A stretch of 64,000 nucleotides of DNA from Octopus sinensis (lineage: Eukaryota): positions 197,036,001 to 197,100,000 of the forward strand of contig NC_042998.1 in the NCBI RefSeq assembly GCF_006345805.1, given 5' to 3'. The translations under genes were made by a program, and so were the position numbers. The notes under the pieces are model-generated. The model made no database searches. It saw only the letters and a list, made by a program, of their open reading frames with translations, and was not told the DNA's origin. Numbering within the stretch: position 1 is the first letter of the stretch; every line of letters starts with the position of its first letter. Below are positions 23,680 to 36,974 of the stretch, piece by piece.

Positions 23680-24580
23680 GTGTTCGTTCAAAAGTGCAAA
23701 GTGTTTTCCTTGTGGGAACACAGGACACATTAAACCACACGTCAGAGCTAAGACGACGAAAAATTGGACCAACGTGAAAAAATAAAGTTTGTCATTAGAG
23801 AAAAAAGTTTGTACAACGAACAGAAAATTCAAGGTGAGAATCGAAACCACTAATGTCAAAATACAATTAGACACGGTTAGTGATATCACTATCATAAATG
23901 AAAAAACATGGAGACAAATCGGTAAGCCGAAATTATTTAAACCTAATAAAGTAGCATTTGGTGTTATAGGAAAGAAAGTATATTTCATCGGCGAATGTAT
24001 TTGCAATGTAACTTTTCGAGGTGAACCGAAAAGGACAATAATTCATTTGTTGAAAAAATCACTAAGCCTATTTGGCACAGAATGCATAGAGTTATTTAAA
24101 ACGTGGGATACCCCCATTAGTGTTCTCTGTGAAAATGCAGATGGCACGGTTAAAAGTTCGAATGAAGTTGAACAACTGTGACAAAAAATTAAAAAATTGT
24201 TTCCAAATGTTTTTTTGGAAGGATTAGGCTGTCTTACTAAAACAAAAACAAGGATCACGGTAAAAGAAAAGGCAACAGCTTTTTTCAGGTCCAAACGGAA
24301 CATACCATTTGCGGCGTCGGACCAGGTCAATAAAGAGATTGAAAGACTAGAAAGTCTAGCTGTAATTGAAAATGTCGATCATTCAGACTGGGCACCTCCG
24401 ACGGTTTAGGTAAAGAAAAAAAAATAAAGAGTGTATGTGGACTTTTCAACTGGATTAAATGACTGTTTAGTGGAACACAACTTTCCATTACAAAACCCAG
24501 AAGAAGTGTGATCAAAACTAAATGGCGGAAAAATTTTCTCGAAGTTAAATCTCTCGGAGGCCTATCTATAGATGCAGGTA
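23680..24580 (+). pseudogene. Gypsy protease and RT N-terminus remnant
   Basis: IQLDTVSDITII (degenerate DTG protease motif), FPNVFLEGLG, EIERLESLAVI, SDWAPP, DFSTGLND, FSKLNLSEAYL. Confidence 0.85.
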
Positions 24581-24680
24581 GGAAAGATTTTTAAAAAATT
24601 GCTAAAATGGGAGGCGGGGTGAATAAAGTAAAATAAAATTACTTGCTTCCCAAAGAAAAAGAAATAACTAAAATGGGAGA

Positions 24681-25129
24681 AGTAGCGAAAAGGGTACTCC
24701 CTTTTCCACGTGACGAAGTGGTATGAACCAGCCACGATAAGGTCAGAAAGTCAGTCGTTGTGGGAGGTCAGTAGTAGTAGAGTCATTGTATGAGTTCTTA
24801 GTTGGAGTCAGTGTCAGTTACGTGTTATAGTCGAGTTGGAGTTACCGTCGAGGTAGACATTTCAAAGTCATTGTCTTGTGGAGCTATCAGCAATAGCACA
24901 GTAGACGAGTGAAAGATAATAAGAGGTGGAATCGCGGAATACCTCCACAACATCGCAAACATAATAGTGGCGACAAGACTATTACAGTACTGACATCATT
25001 TCATGCATTTCGTATGCAAGCCGGCGGGGCTCGCTCTGAGCACTCTAATCTTTTCACAGTGAATGTACCGGCCGCCTCGGACACTCGGACACTATAACGT
25101 ACAAGTGGACTTGGATCCACATTATAACA
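24681..25129 (+). repeat. 3' LTR, about 120 bp longer than the 5' LTR
   Basis: AGTAGCGAAAAGGGTACTCC ... TTATAACA; aligns to 21707-22037 with many substitutions. Confidence 0.8.
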
Positions 25130-25155
25130 ATATGTGTGTGTGTGTGTGTGTGTAT

Positions 25156-25188
<33 letters not shown>

Positions 25189-25224
25189 TTAGATACGAGA
25201 TACTATTAGTTTTATGCTGTGAAA

Positions 25225-25605
25225 TCTTTATATATAAAAGTGAGGTTGTGTGTCTGTCTCCTACGATTTAGATTCCTAACTACTCCCACATTTTGCGGTG
25301 CAGTTTAACCAAAACGGGTATCTTATAGTCGTGATTCATATCGAGCCCTTCTGGGTATTAGCATGAGTCAACGATTTAAAAAAAAAATTACCATCAATTT
25401 TTCCCATTTTTAATGCATTTTTGGCATATATAAGGGAAGTAACTCTCTTAATATTTATTATTAAATCTCAGAACGTAAAAAGCTACAGTAACACCCCACC
25501 TTTGTGGTTAGCCATATTGAGATGGCTATTATACTTTACATCTCTAAAAATGCTTATATAGTTATTTCCCTTACAAAGCCGAGCAACGCCGGGCGATACT
25601 GCTAG
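25225..25605 (+). mobile_element. Non-autonomous Helitron (variant interior)
   Basis: A|TCTTTATATATAAAAG ... GCCGGGCGATACTGCTAG|T. Confidence 0.85.
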
Positions 25606-26191
25606 TCTTGTATACAGTCTTGTATAGCATGCCGTGTCTTTCCAAGCAATCTTTCAGATTTAAATACACAACATGGTCGATCGTATTTGCATAAACAGTA
25701 AAGGACGCTGGTCTTTGAAAAAAAAACAACAACCCAAAACAACAACAAAGACAACTAAAGAAAAGAAAAGAAAAAAAGCTTGTCTTTCAGAAAACACAAG
25801 AAAGTACGAGAGGAAGTTAAAAGAAAAAAGAAAAAAAAAGGAAATGGGAATAAGAAAGATGTCCGTTTGACCTGTTCGAATCAAAATTAATATGTAAATT
25901 AATTCAGCAAGGAGATGATCAAAGTTTGTGAGATCGCATGCTTCATCCGGAGAGGGTTGTGTTTTCCAGTTTAATAAAAGAAACTTCTCCAGATGCTTAT
26001 ATTTAATGAAAATTTCACTCCTGGAATTTAACAGATCAGTGGAGTAAAAAAAAAAAGACCGGTCATTTTGTATATGTAAGTTTGAAAGATTGCTTGGAAA
26101 CGCACGGTGCACTATACAAGTTTATCAGATTATCGTGTTTTCCCAGTGTGAACATGATAGTAGCTCTAATTTAAATACTGTGTATATTAAA

Positions 26192-26582
26192 CTAGCAGTA
26201 TCGCCCGGCGTTGCTCGGGTTTGTAAGGGAAATAACTATATAAGCATTTTTAGAGATGTAAAGTATAATAGCCATCTCAATATGGCTAACCACAAAGGGG
26301 GGTGTTACTGTAGCGTTTTACGTTCTGAGATTTAATAATACATTTTAGAGAGTTACTTCCCTTGTATAATAGCAAAAAATGCATTAAAAATGGGAAAAAT
26401 GATGGCAAATTTTTTTTAAATCGTAGACTCATCGTAGACGCGCGCTAATACCCAGAAGGGCTCGATATGAATCACGACTATAAGATACCCGGTTTTGGTT
26501 ACACTGCACCGCAAAATGTGGGAGTAGTTAGGAATCTAAATCGTAGGAGACAGACACACAACCTTACTTTTATATATAAAGA
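26192..26582 (-). mobile_element. Non-autonomous Helitron (variant interior)
   Basis: Reverse complement of 25225-25605 with intact ends. Confidence 0.85.
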
Positions 26583-26983
26583 TGATATTTATCTCCTACT
26601 GGATGGAGTACTTTTTCTGTTGATCCCACCAAAAACGAAACAGTACATTATATACATACATATTTTCCTGCTAGGACATAGCAACTGCATCTGGTATTCG
26701 CAATCTTCTGCTAGATCATTTCTGTGCCATATTGATATAAATCACAGGTTTTAAGGAAAATTGCAGACAATGTTTTTAAGCTGACTCCTGCGTATGACAC
26801 ATAAGCCTATGACATGGCTGCTATCCAATGACTATCATCCAGTAGCCATTCCTAATCTGAAATATGCTTCTCTATAAGAAGGTCGAGAAAGAATGTGGGA
26901 CCAGACATTTCACGAAGAAACAGCCTTAAGTAATAGCATTCTTGCTGAGTTGGATGCACTGTATAAATCCTTCCCCTTACATA

Positions 26984-27380
26984 TCTTTATATATAAAAGT
27001 GAAGTTGTGTGTCTGTCTCCTACGATTTAGATTCCTAACTACTCCCACATTTTGCGGTGCAGTTTAACCAAAACCGGATATCTTATAGTCGTGATTCATA
27101 TCGAGCCCTTCTGGGTATTAGCGTGCGTCTACGATGAGTCTACGATTTTAAAAATAATTTACCATCATTTTTTTCCATTTTAATGCATTTTTTCGCTATT
27201 ATATAAGGGAAGTAACTCTCTAAAAATGTCTACGATGAGTCAACGATTTAAAAAAAAATTTACCATAATTTTTTTTCCATTTTTAATGCATTTTTTGCTA
27301 TTTTTTGGCTATAACTCTCTAAAAATGCCTATATAGTTATTTCCCTTACAAACCCGAGCAACGCCGGGCGATACTGCTAG
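26984..27380 (+). mobile_element. Non-autonomous Helitron
   Basis: A|TC ... hairpin ... CTAG|T. Confidence 0.85.
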
Positions 27381-27639
27381 TTTATTATAAGGAAAACGGT
27401 AACAGCAATTCCGAAATTCGGCTTGCTTAACCTTCTTCCGACTATGGTACATTAGAGATCATCTTAGCTTTGTACAGTGTTTAGCAAGTTTTTTTTTCTG
27501 GGGTAGGTGGAACTATGTTGAATGATAATTACATTGTAGGGTAAGTTCTGATGGAGAGATATTATAGAAGGTTGCGAAATTGTGTGTGTGTGCGTGCGTT
27601 TTATTTATGCAATATTATGGATTTAATTTCTTAATAGCC

Positions 27640-27812
27640 AGTTCTGAGTTCAAATTCCGCCGAGGTCGACTTTGCCTTTCTTTCATTCTTTTGGGGGTCG
27701 ATTAAATAAGTACCATATACGCACTGGGGTCGATGTAATCGACTTAATTTTTCGTTTGTCTGTCCTTGTTTGTCCCCTTTGTGTTTAGCTCCTTGTGGGT
27801 AGTTAAGAAATA
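27640..27812 (+). mobile_element. 5'-truncated SINE B
   Basis: Core and young tail recognisable. Confidence 0.8.
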
Positions 27813-27967
27813 AGTTAATTTACCTTTTTACATTCGAAAGTGCCTTCAACATGAAATCGTTCCATAACATGAATTGGCTGTTATGAGAATAAATTTGTAA
27901 TATATTGTATAAAGAATATATTATTCAGTTACCTAATATACGAGTGCCTAGCAAACGTTTTTGCCAA

Positions 27968-28315
27968 CTACATACATACATGCATACATGCATACATATA
28001 TACATGCATACATACATACATACATGCATGCATATATACATACATACATGCATACATACATGCATACATGCATACGTATATACATGCATACATGCATACA
28101 TGCATACATGCATGCATACATACATACATACATACATGCATACATGCAGCATACATACATACATACATAATAATACATACATATATACATGCATACATGC
28201 ATACATGCATACATACATGCATACATACATACATACATGCATACATACATGCATACATGCATGCATACATACATACATACATACATGCATACATACATGC
28301 ATACATTCATACATG

Positions 28316-28347
<32 letters not shown>

Positions 28348-28480
28348 CATACATACATACATACATGCATACATTCATACATGCATACATACATGCATAC
28401 ATACATACATTCATACATACATACATATATACATACATACATACATACATACATACATACATACATACATACATACACAT
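27968..28480. repeat. Compound (ATAC)n/(ATGC)n microsatellite
   Basis: Direct inspection; the source of several spurious ORFs. Confidence 0.95.
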
Positions 28481-28689
28481 ACGCTCACACGTGCATACAG
28501 CTGAGTTTCATCAATTCAATATCCAGCAGCCCGGCATCAGATTTAAAATTTTTCTTAAGCCTGTTCACAAGCCGCCGAGGTTATTCTATTATTGTCTGCA
28601 TTCAAGTTAAAGAGAACGGTCGCTATCGCCTAAATGTTTTATATCTACCTTTATCTTTTTATATATTTTTCACTCACCCATAAGTGAAA

Positions 28690-29230
28690 ATGTCTTCCAG
28701 TGTTAATGAGAGCAATCAATTCGGGAAAGGTGTGAAAGGAAATCATGTAACTCTCTCAGACTGCACCTGGAAATCGAAGATATACAGTGTTTGAAAGGAG
28801 GTAAAAACCAGATTGCCATTGTGTACGACTCTATAACATAATACATTCTTGAACAATTTATAACACTAAGAAACTGAAGGACAAGTTAATGTAATTTATG
28901 CCTGATACTGAATCATGTAAAGATATTGATGTGCAGCAAATGTTTAAAGAAATAAAACCCACAGAACTCGATACAGCGTTATTTAAGTGATTTAGTGAAA
29001 AAGCGATCCGGGAATGTTCCTATTTTATAATCAATGATTATTGAATACGCTAATTAATTGCATAAAGATATTGGAACCCTGGAGTCTTGTGTGCTCATGG
29101 GTGGTTTAGAAATTTTGAAGTTTTACGTGATATTCGGAAAGAGAATTTGTCCGGTAAAAGAAGTCGGCAGATTTTGAAGCTAATGAAGACTACTGTTAAA
29201 TATTTAATGACCTGGTTAAGAAAATAAATA
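28690..29230 (+). pseudogene. pogo/Tigger (CENP-B/Jerky-like) transposase N-terminal remnant
   Basis: Fragments HVTLSD, KPTELDTALFK*FSEK, GWFRNF and LSGK..SAD match the CENP-B-type HTH region; heavily disrupted. Confidence 0.6.
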
Positions 29231-29334
29231 AATAAACAAATAAAAAATCACGATTTCACAAGGTGTCAGGTGATGCCCGTGAGAGTGCTTGGCTGTCCCA
29301 ATGCCTTAGTTTCGCCATCTCCTGTGGTAATGCC

Positions 29335-29937
29335 TATTTCTTTATTACCCACAAGGGGCTAAACACTGAAGGGACAAACAAGGACAGACAAACGGATTAA
29401 GTCGATTATATCGACCCCAGTGCGTAACTGGTACTTAATTTATCGACCCCGAAAGGATGAAAGGCAAAGTTGACCTCGGCGGAATTTGAACTCAGAACGT
29501 AACGGCTGACGAAATACCTATTTCTTTACTACCCACAAGGGGCTAACCACAGAGGGGCCAAACAAGGACAGACAAATGGATTAAGTCGATTACATCGACT
29601 CCACTGCGTAACTGGTACTTAATTTATCGACCCCGAAAGGATGAAAGGCAAAGTCGACCTCGGCGGAATTTGAACTCAGAACGTAGCGGCAGACGAAATA
29701 CCTATTTCTTTATTACCCACAAGGGGCTAAACATAGAGGGGACAAACAAGGACAGACATAGGTATTAAGTCGATTACTTCGACCCCAGTGCGTAACTGGT
29801 ACTTAATTTATTGACCCCGAAAGGATGAAAGGCAAAGTCGACCTCGGCGGAATTTGAACTCAGAACGTAACGGCTGACGAAATACCGCGAAGCATTTTGC
29901 CCGGCGTGCTAACGTTTCTGCCAGCTCACCGCCTTCA
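29335..29937 (-). mobile_element. SINE B array: one head plus 3 units
   Basis: Junctions GAAATACC|TATTTCTTT; TSD CC(T/C)GTGGTAAT(G/A)CC at 29321-29334 and 29938-29951. Confidence 0.9.
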
Positions 29938-30291
29938 CCCGTGGTAATACCGCGAGCGTGTGGGCTTGCTTCTGTAGGTTCCGTTCAAACCTTGTGCAAC
30001 CAATCGAGGCACATGCTGTAGAATTGATGTTTCTTTCTTTCTTTCTTTCTTTCTGTCTTTCTTTTTCGTCTCTTTTTCTTTCTTCGCTCATGTTTGTGTT
30101 TCCTTCGGTTTTGGATTTGTATTTTAATATGGTTTTGTAGTTTTGTATTATATATGTATCATATTATCATATACACACGTATCATATATGTAATAAAATA
30201 AAAGCAGTTGTGGTCATTTTTAAGAGTGAGTCCCAGTACATCGGTATATTTGACAATCCAGTACCATTCGAGGGTGTATGTATGTATGTAT

Positions 30292-30700
30292 AGGCGCAGG
30301 AGTGGCTGTGTGGTAAGTAGCTTGCTTACCAACCATATGGTTCCGGGTTCAGTCCCACTGCGTGGCACCTTGGTCATGTGTCTTCTACTATAGCTTCAGG
30401 CCGACCAATGCCTTGTGAGTGGATTTGGTAGACGGAAACTGAAAGAAATCCTTGTATATATATATTTATGTGTGTGTGTATATACGTTTGTGTGTCTGTG
30501 TTTGTCCCCCCAACATCGCTTGGCAACCGATGCTGGTGTGTTACGTTCCCGAAACTTTGCGGTTCGGCAAAAGAGACCGATAGAATGAGTACTAGGCTTA
30601 CAAAGAATAAGTCCTGGGGTCGATTTGCACGACTAAAGGCGGTGCTCTAGCATGGCCACAGTCAAATCACTGAAATAAGTAAAAGAGTAAAAAGAGAGTA
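30292..30700 (+). mobile_element. SINE family A
   Basis: Full head-to-tail match to 5815-6240. Confidence 0.9.
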
Positions 30701-30709
30701 TGTATGGAT

Positions 30710-30741
<32 letters not shown>

Positions 30742-31041
30742 TGTATGTATGTATGTATGTATGTATGTATGTTTGTTTTAACTTTTTCTTTATCTATAAG
30801 AATTCTTCCGAGGAGAAACGAGACAGTTTCTTTTAAAGAAACAAAAGCTTCATCACTGGCAATTGGATAACAACGACGATAATTGTTACACATCGGACAT
30901 TAAAAGAAGTCTCGTAGATTTGTATTGTTCCGCTTACAGACTGAATCTGTAAAGTTTGTGTTGGCTGGTCTCTTTCGTTCCTGGAAAACCCATGATTTTC
31001 CAGATTACCACTCATTTAATAACATAGCCATGTACAAGAAA

Positions 31042-31823
31042 GGCGGCGAGCTGGCAGAGAGGTTAGCGCGCCGGGCGAATTGCTTAGCGGCATTTCGTCA
31101 GCCGCTACGTTCTGAGTTCAAATTCCGCCGAGGTTGACTTTGCCTTTCATCCTTTCGGGGTCGATAAATTAAGTAGCAGTTACGCACTGGGGTCGATGTA
31201 ATCGACTTAATCCGTTTGTCTGTCCTTGTTTGTCCCCTCTGTGTTTAGCCCCTTGTGGGTAATAAAGAAATAGGTATTTCGTCTGCCGTTACGTTCTGAG
31301 TTCAAATTCCACCGAGGTCGACTTTGCCTTTCATCCTTTCGGGGTCGATAAATTAAGTAGCAGTTACGCACTGGGGTCAATATAATCGACTTAATCCGTT
31401 TGTCTGTCCTTGTTTGTCCCCTCTGTGTTTAGCCCCTAGTAGGTAGTAAAGAAATAGGTATATCGTCAGCCGCTACGTTCTGAGTTCAAATTTCGCCGAG
31501 GTCGACTTTGCCTTTCATCCTTTCGGGGTCGATAAATTAAGTACCAGTTACGCACTGGGGTCGATGTAATCGACTTAATCCGTTTGTCTGTCCTTGTTTG
31601 TCCCCTCTGTGTTTAGCCCCTTGTGGGTAGTAAAGAAATAGGTATATCGTCAGCCGCTACGTTCTGAGTTCAAATTCCACCGAGGTCGACTTTGCCTTTC
31701 ATCCTTTCGGAATCGATAAATTAAGTAGCAGTTACGTACTGGGGTCGATGTAATCGACTTAATCCGTTTGTCTGTCCTTGTTTGTCCCCTCTGTGTTTAG
31801 CCCCTTGTGGGTAGTAAAGAAAT
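31042..31823 (+). mobile_element. SINE B array: one head plus 4 units
   Basis: Three internal AAAGAAATA|GGTAT junctions; decayed TSD CATAGCCATGTACAAGA / CATAACCAAGTGCAAGA. Confidence 0.9.
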
Positions 31824-32149
31824 CATAACCAAGTGCAAGAGTAATCATTGGTATAAATATAAATTTATAATAAGTGTTGAGGAGGTGCAGGTTTCGAAGT
31901 AGTTATCTGCAAATATTCTTATCGATGATTTTAGTAGAGATGTTCGCATCTGCTGGGCAGCTAACGTCTGTATTTTTACATGTATACATGTGTTTATGTA
32001 CATGTGTGTATGCGAATATGTGATTATCGCTGTCCATCGAAATTTGAAAAGGATAATTTTCGTCATATGGGTATTTTAAAGACTGCACATTTCAATCCTC
32101 CATGTGCAGCTTTAGTGGTCGACAGGACATGTGACTGTTTGGTTGGAGA

Positions 32150-32900
32150 CTCTAGCTATTAATCTGTGTGTATGCCTCTTATACTCCTGGTTCCACCTGT
32201 AGAAATAACTATCCGCACGACAAGATTTCTGTCGGAATATTGGTCAGTTCACGCGATTTCTCTTCCACGCCCCTTTTTGAGAGGTGGTGTTTCGTCCAGG
32301 CAGGGTTTTTCGTCCAGGATAGGCATTTGACTATCAAATGTTAGACTTGGTGTAAAGGTATTTAGTTATGTGACATAGCGGTCATCTGCTCGCTAATGCC
32401 AACTGGTGTCTCGGTCAGTTTAGACAACAGACTGTTTTCTTACAGAAGAGCCGATGCCATATTAATGATGTTTATCCGCGTGGTAGCCATTTCTGAAGGA
32501 AGCGTAGTCCTCACCAATCTCATTAAGAGAATCCTCATCATGTTGCTTGGACTGAGTGAGTTCAATGTTACACTACAGAAATTCAGTTAATTGCTATGAG
32601 AGTCGTTCGACGCCCGAATTGGTTTGGCATTACACGTCGAACGGTTTTAGCAGAAGCAGTTTTTTATCTTGAGCAATTTTTCGACCGTCTTTCGTAGGTC
32701 TTTCCTCAGATGGAGGAGCAGCGTTGTTTCTAGACAAGGTGCACATGTGTTTATCAACCCCAGCTGCCAACGACTATTGCCCTGTACCGTTGGCGTTTTC
32801 AGCACATTCAGACCTACTCTTGTTGCCAGACTCGTCAGAAATCCAAGATTTATGTTTCACGTTACAGGAAAAATTGCTCGCGTAAAGGAAGTTCTGTAGT
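32150..32900 (-). pseudogene. Very degenerate LINE AP-endonuclease remnant (RTE-like)
   Basis: Minus-strand EIGEDYASF...YGIGSSVRK and NAYP resemble the GY-FFW-G...GVGFAIK and AYAP endonuclease motifs. Confidence 0.4.
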
Positions 32901-33344
32901 GAAGTTGGTATTAGTTATTTCCTAGTATTACTATCTTCACTGTAGAGGAGATGCATCCAGTTGCAAGCTGCAGGAGGTTGTTGGACGTTTATTCTGGTGG
33001 AAACCGCCTTACAGCAAATCGCCACACTGTTTTTCTCTCAGAGTTACTCTATTGACTGTTACCTTTCTCGACTCACCCATAAGGCATTAGAAAAGGGATT
33101 GATAAATGCCAGGGCATATTCACCCACGTATGTCTGCATACTACATTTCTGGGGTCCGAGATTCCCTGCAATGTCGGTCTAGGGTCCGCCAGGTAATCGC
33201 TTTCAAAGTGTAGAAAAGCCGTAGACTGGCCAGAAAGACGAGACACATTAACCTGCTTCCTGTTTAACATGAAAGGCAACGCACTGGAAGCAAGAAGGTT
33301 TCAACCACTACTCTGCCTGATGCACCACATAACCCTATATCCCC

Positions 33345-33429
33345 AAACACACACACACACACGTATGTATGTATGTATGTATGTATGTATGTATGTATGT
33401 ATGTATGTATGTATGTATGTATGTATGTA

Positions 33430-33464
<35 letters not shown>

Positions 33465-33544
33465 ATGTGTATGAATATATATTTTTGTATATATGCATAT
33501 ATTTATATATTATTTATATTACACACACACACACATATATACAT

Positions 33545-33576
<32 letters not shown>

Positions 33577-33580
33577 GAAG
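33345..33580. repeat. Compound AC/TATG/GT/AT microsatellite
   Basis: Direct inspection. Confidence 0.95.
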
Positions 33581-34859
33581 CGATATCCATGCAAGTATAT
33601 GAATTAGTTATTATTTTAGCATTGATAGTAAAATGAGTATTCCCTCACCCCCACCGCCATTCTTCCACACACTCCGCCCACTCACGTTGTCTACAGACCT
33701 CAATTTCCTGAGTTACTAAGACACCTATTGCTTATTGCTTATTAAATTTGCACGAAGAGAATTGCTGGAGGTGTCGGAGGCGAAGGCGGTCAGGTTGTGT
33801 AAAGTAGGTGGACACTACTACATTAACAACATACAAACAACAGCCGGCGTGGTCGCTCTGTCTACAAGAAATAGCAACCACATTTCCCCTCAAATCACAC
33901 ACACACCCTTACTCTATCAATGCACAAAGGGTACAGACACGTTGGATAATGTAATTCTAGACACACTTATGCCTGAGAAAAGAAATGAACGGTGGATTGG
34001 TTATGTCTTGCAGCTGTTTCGACCGTAGGCCTGTCAATGGGAACCGACTCAATGGGAGTTAAACACCACCACACCACTACCACCACCACTACCTACTACT
34101 ACTACTGCTACTGCTACAGCAAGGTGCTGTGATGTTAAAGGTAACAGTTAAAGGTAATGTACCAATTTACTTATTACCATCGTCTCTGATAATGACTTCA
34201 AATAAATTTGGAGCCTTTTTATCTATTGTTCTTATAATCTTTGTGTAAGATGTGTCGATGCTTCTCGGGTGGTAGGGTGACGGAGCTCAAATTCTATCGT
34301 GACAAAAAAAAAAAAAATGAAGTACTTGTCAATATAAATCAACTTTTCATCTAGCCCCCACCCCGCCCCCATGTAGTACCAGTAAATTTTCGGACTTACT
34401 ATAATCGACTATTTCCTATATGCTCCCCCAATATGGAGAAAAATTGGCTTTATGCCTGGAAGTAATCATTACGGATTTTTTTTTTTACATAGACACAAAT
34501 CCATAAATCTCTGAAGCGAGGAATGGATGCAGATGATTAAATCGACCCAGTACTTCACCGATATTATATTTCATTGATCCTAGGAGAATACAAAATAAAG
34601 TTGACGTCGGCGGGATTTGAACTCAGCTCTATATTGGGTGCAGCTCTCTGCTATTAATATTTAGCAGAGTTCAAACTTTTGGCCAAGGAGTTGGGGCTTA
34701 CTGTCGGTGATCTTGCCGGTGGTGCACAGACACGCAACATCCCAAATAGATTTATCCACGACAACCTCCACCTTATGCGATGCAAATAGAGGGTTTGGGT
34801 AAGAAACTTAGCATAGGCGGTACTCAGTTCAACTTAGAGGGGATGGGTAAGAAACTTAG

Positions 34860-35690
34860 CATAGGTGGTACTCGGGTCAACTTAGATTTGTCGAAAGTCT
34901 CCAGTAGGATCAACTACTCAGTGCAGCTGATGTTCTCACCGCAGCTAGTCTTGATCCCGCTTTTAAGAGCTGGTTCGCAGCAATATACACTGACATCTGC
35001 TCGGTGGTTAAAAGGCCACCTACTGGAACCGTTCAATATCACAAGCTCAGTCTATCACGGTTGTCCACCACTCTCGTTCCCTCTATATGTATTAACTCTA
35101 GAACCTATTTCTTTACTACCCACAAGGGGCTAAACACAGAGAGGACAAACAAGGACAGACAAACGGATTAAGTCGATTATATCGACCCCAGTGCGTAACT
35201 GGTACTTAATTTATCGACCCCCGAAAGGATGAAAGGCAAAGTCGACCTCGGCGGAATTTGAACTCAGAACGTAACAGCAGACGAAATACGGCTACGCATT
35301 TCGTCCGGTGTGCTAACGTTTCTGCCAGCTCGCCGCCTTGTGTTAACTCTAGAACCACTACTGCCGAAACTAGAGACTTTGAGGGGCATCCCGTGAGAAC
35401 TAGAATGCAGATCTTTACTGGCCTGTGCCGCGACGTCAGCATAAGAGTGTCTTACACTAGGAATACCGAGGTGATTGGCACCACTCTATGAGAGTACGAA
35501 GCGGTGACGGAGGCCAAGATTAAAATCAGAAAAAGTCGATTGCCTTGCAATTGGACACATGTAGAGGCAGGTCCATGCCGTCCAGCGGCGCCGAGTGGAT
35601 ACTGGACACAGACCGATTAAATTACTAGGCCTTTAGTTTGGTCCAAATCATGAGGAAGACACAAACTGAAACGAAGTGACGAGCAAGTCG
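34860..35690 (+). pseudogene. Tx1/L1-clade RT remnant interrupted by a SINE B
   Basis: DPAFKSWFAAIY, GHLLEPFNITSSVYHGCPPLS..LYVLTLEPLL, EYEAVTEAKI; the frame continues across the SINE. Confidence 0.75.
35106..35342 (-). mobile_element. Full-length SINE B monomer
   Basis: 14-bp TSD TTAACTCTAGAACC at 35092-35105 and 35343-35356. Confidence 0.92.
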
Positions 35691-35705
35691 GTTAGTCTCA
35701 CCCAG

Positions 35706-36127
35706 GCGGCAAGCTGGCAGACACGTTAGCACGCCGGGTGAGCTGCCTAGCGGTATTTCGTCTGCCGTTACGTTCTGAGTTCAAATTCCGCCGAGGTCGA
35801 CTTTGCCTTTCATCCTTTCGGGGTCGATAAATTAAGCACCAGTTACGCACTGGGGTCGATGTAATCGACTTAATACCTATGTCTGTCCTTGTTTGTCCCC
35901 TCTATGTTTAGCCCCTTGTGGGTAATAAAGAAATAGGTATTTCGTGTCTATACGTTCTGGGTTCAAATTCCGCCGAGGTCGACTTTGCCTTTTATCCTTT
36001 CGGGGTCGATTAAATAAGTACCAGTTATGCACTGGGGTCGATATAATCGATTTAATCCGTTTGTCTGTCCTTGTTTGTCCTTGTTTGTCCTCTCTGAGTT
36101 TAGCCCCTTGTGGGTAGTAAAGAAATA
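35706..36127 (+). mobile_element. SINE B dimer
   Basis: TSD GGTTAGTCTCACCCAG at 35690-35705 and 36128-36143. Confidence 0.9.
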
Positions 36128-36625
36128 GGTTAGTCTCACCCAGAAATGGGACGAGAAGAAGCGATCGCTGAATGGTCTGGTCGCCATGAATAAAAAGATT
36201 GAGTGATATACGAAATTGAAAGGGGTTGAAGGCAGACACCTTACTTTTCCATCTATTTAGTAGGGAATTCTTAGGATTATATTATTCGAAGTATTCTTTT
36301 CCTAATAAGAAAGACAATGGAATGTTATTTGAGGGAGATTTGGTTGCTATTTGTAGCAGGTTAGACGACTAAATAGAGGCTCCTTCGTTGGCTTGACTCA
36401 ATGGGGTAGAAGGTTTAACAGAGTAGTTACTCATTTGGGGATGGTATGTTTATTAGGGTTAGCCACTAATTAGTGGTTAGTGGATCTATTTAGGGTAGCC
36501 ATCATATTGTGGGTGGAGTGCAGTTGCTTATATCGGCTCCTTTGCTACAAGAAAAAAAAAAGGCAATGATGCGGCATCTATGTAGTCATTTGTTCTGCTA
36601 AAAATAACAGTTAAAACTCCTTTAA

Positions 36626-36846
36626 CCCTTTAGCATTTAATCCGACCACATCCGTCCTAAATATTCTACTTGCTTTATGTTGAAACTGGCCAAATCCAAC
36701 CTCTCTCACCTACCCTACAATGTCATTCTAAAAATATAGAAACACACCATTGACATTTTGAAGCTACAAGATAATGTGTGATTAATTCAAAACAATGTGA
36801 ATAAATTAAACAAGACATTTGACAAAGAAATTTGAATGCTGAAGGG
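36626..36846. mobile_element. piggyBac-type MITE
   Basis: TTAA|CCCTTTAGCATT ... AATGCTGAAGGG|TTAA. Confidence 0.8.
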
Positions 36847-36974
36847 TTAAAACATAAAAAGCTTAACAACTGCAGAAAATAGAACCATGTAGAAGCAGAC
36901 GTCTGAGATATCCGAATGTCTGACAAGTGTGTTCGATCCTGGCTGATTTGGGCGAAATAACAGCCACGACCATA

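Larger units (their letters stand above)
21707..25129 (+). mobile_element. Ty3/Gypsy LTR retrotransposon, internally deleted provirus
   Basis: Two homologous LTRs, gag then protease then RT start, purine tract before the 3' LTR, ATAT on both flanks (weak evidence, since it lies in an AT microsatellite). Confidence 0.85.
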
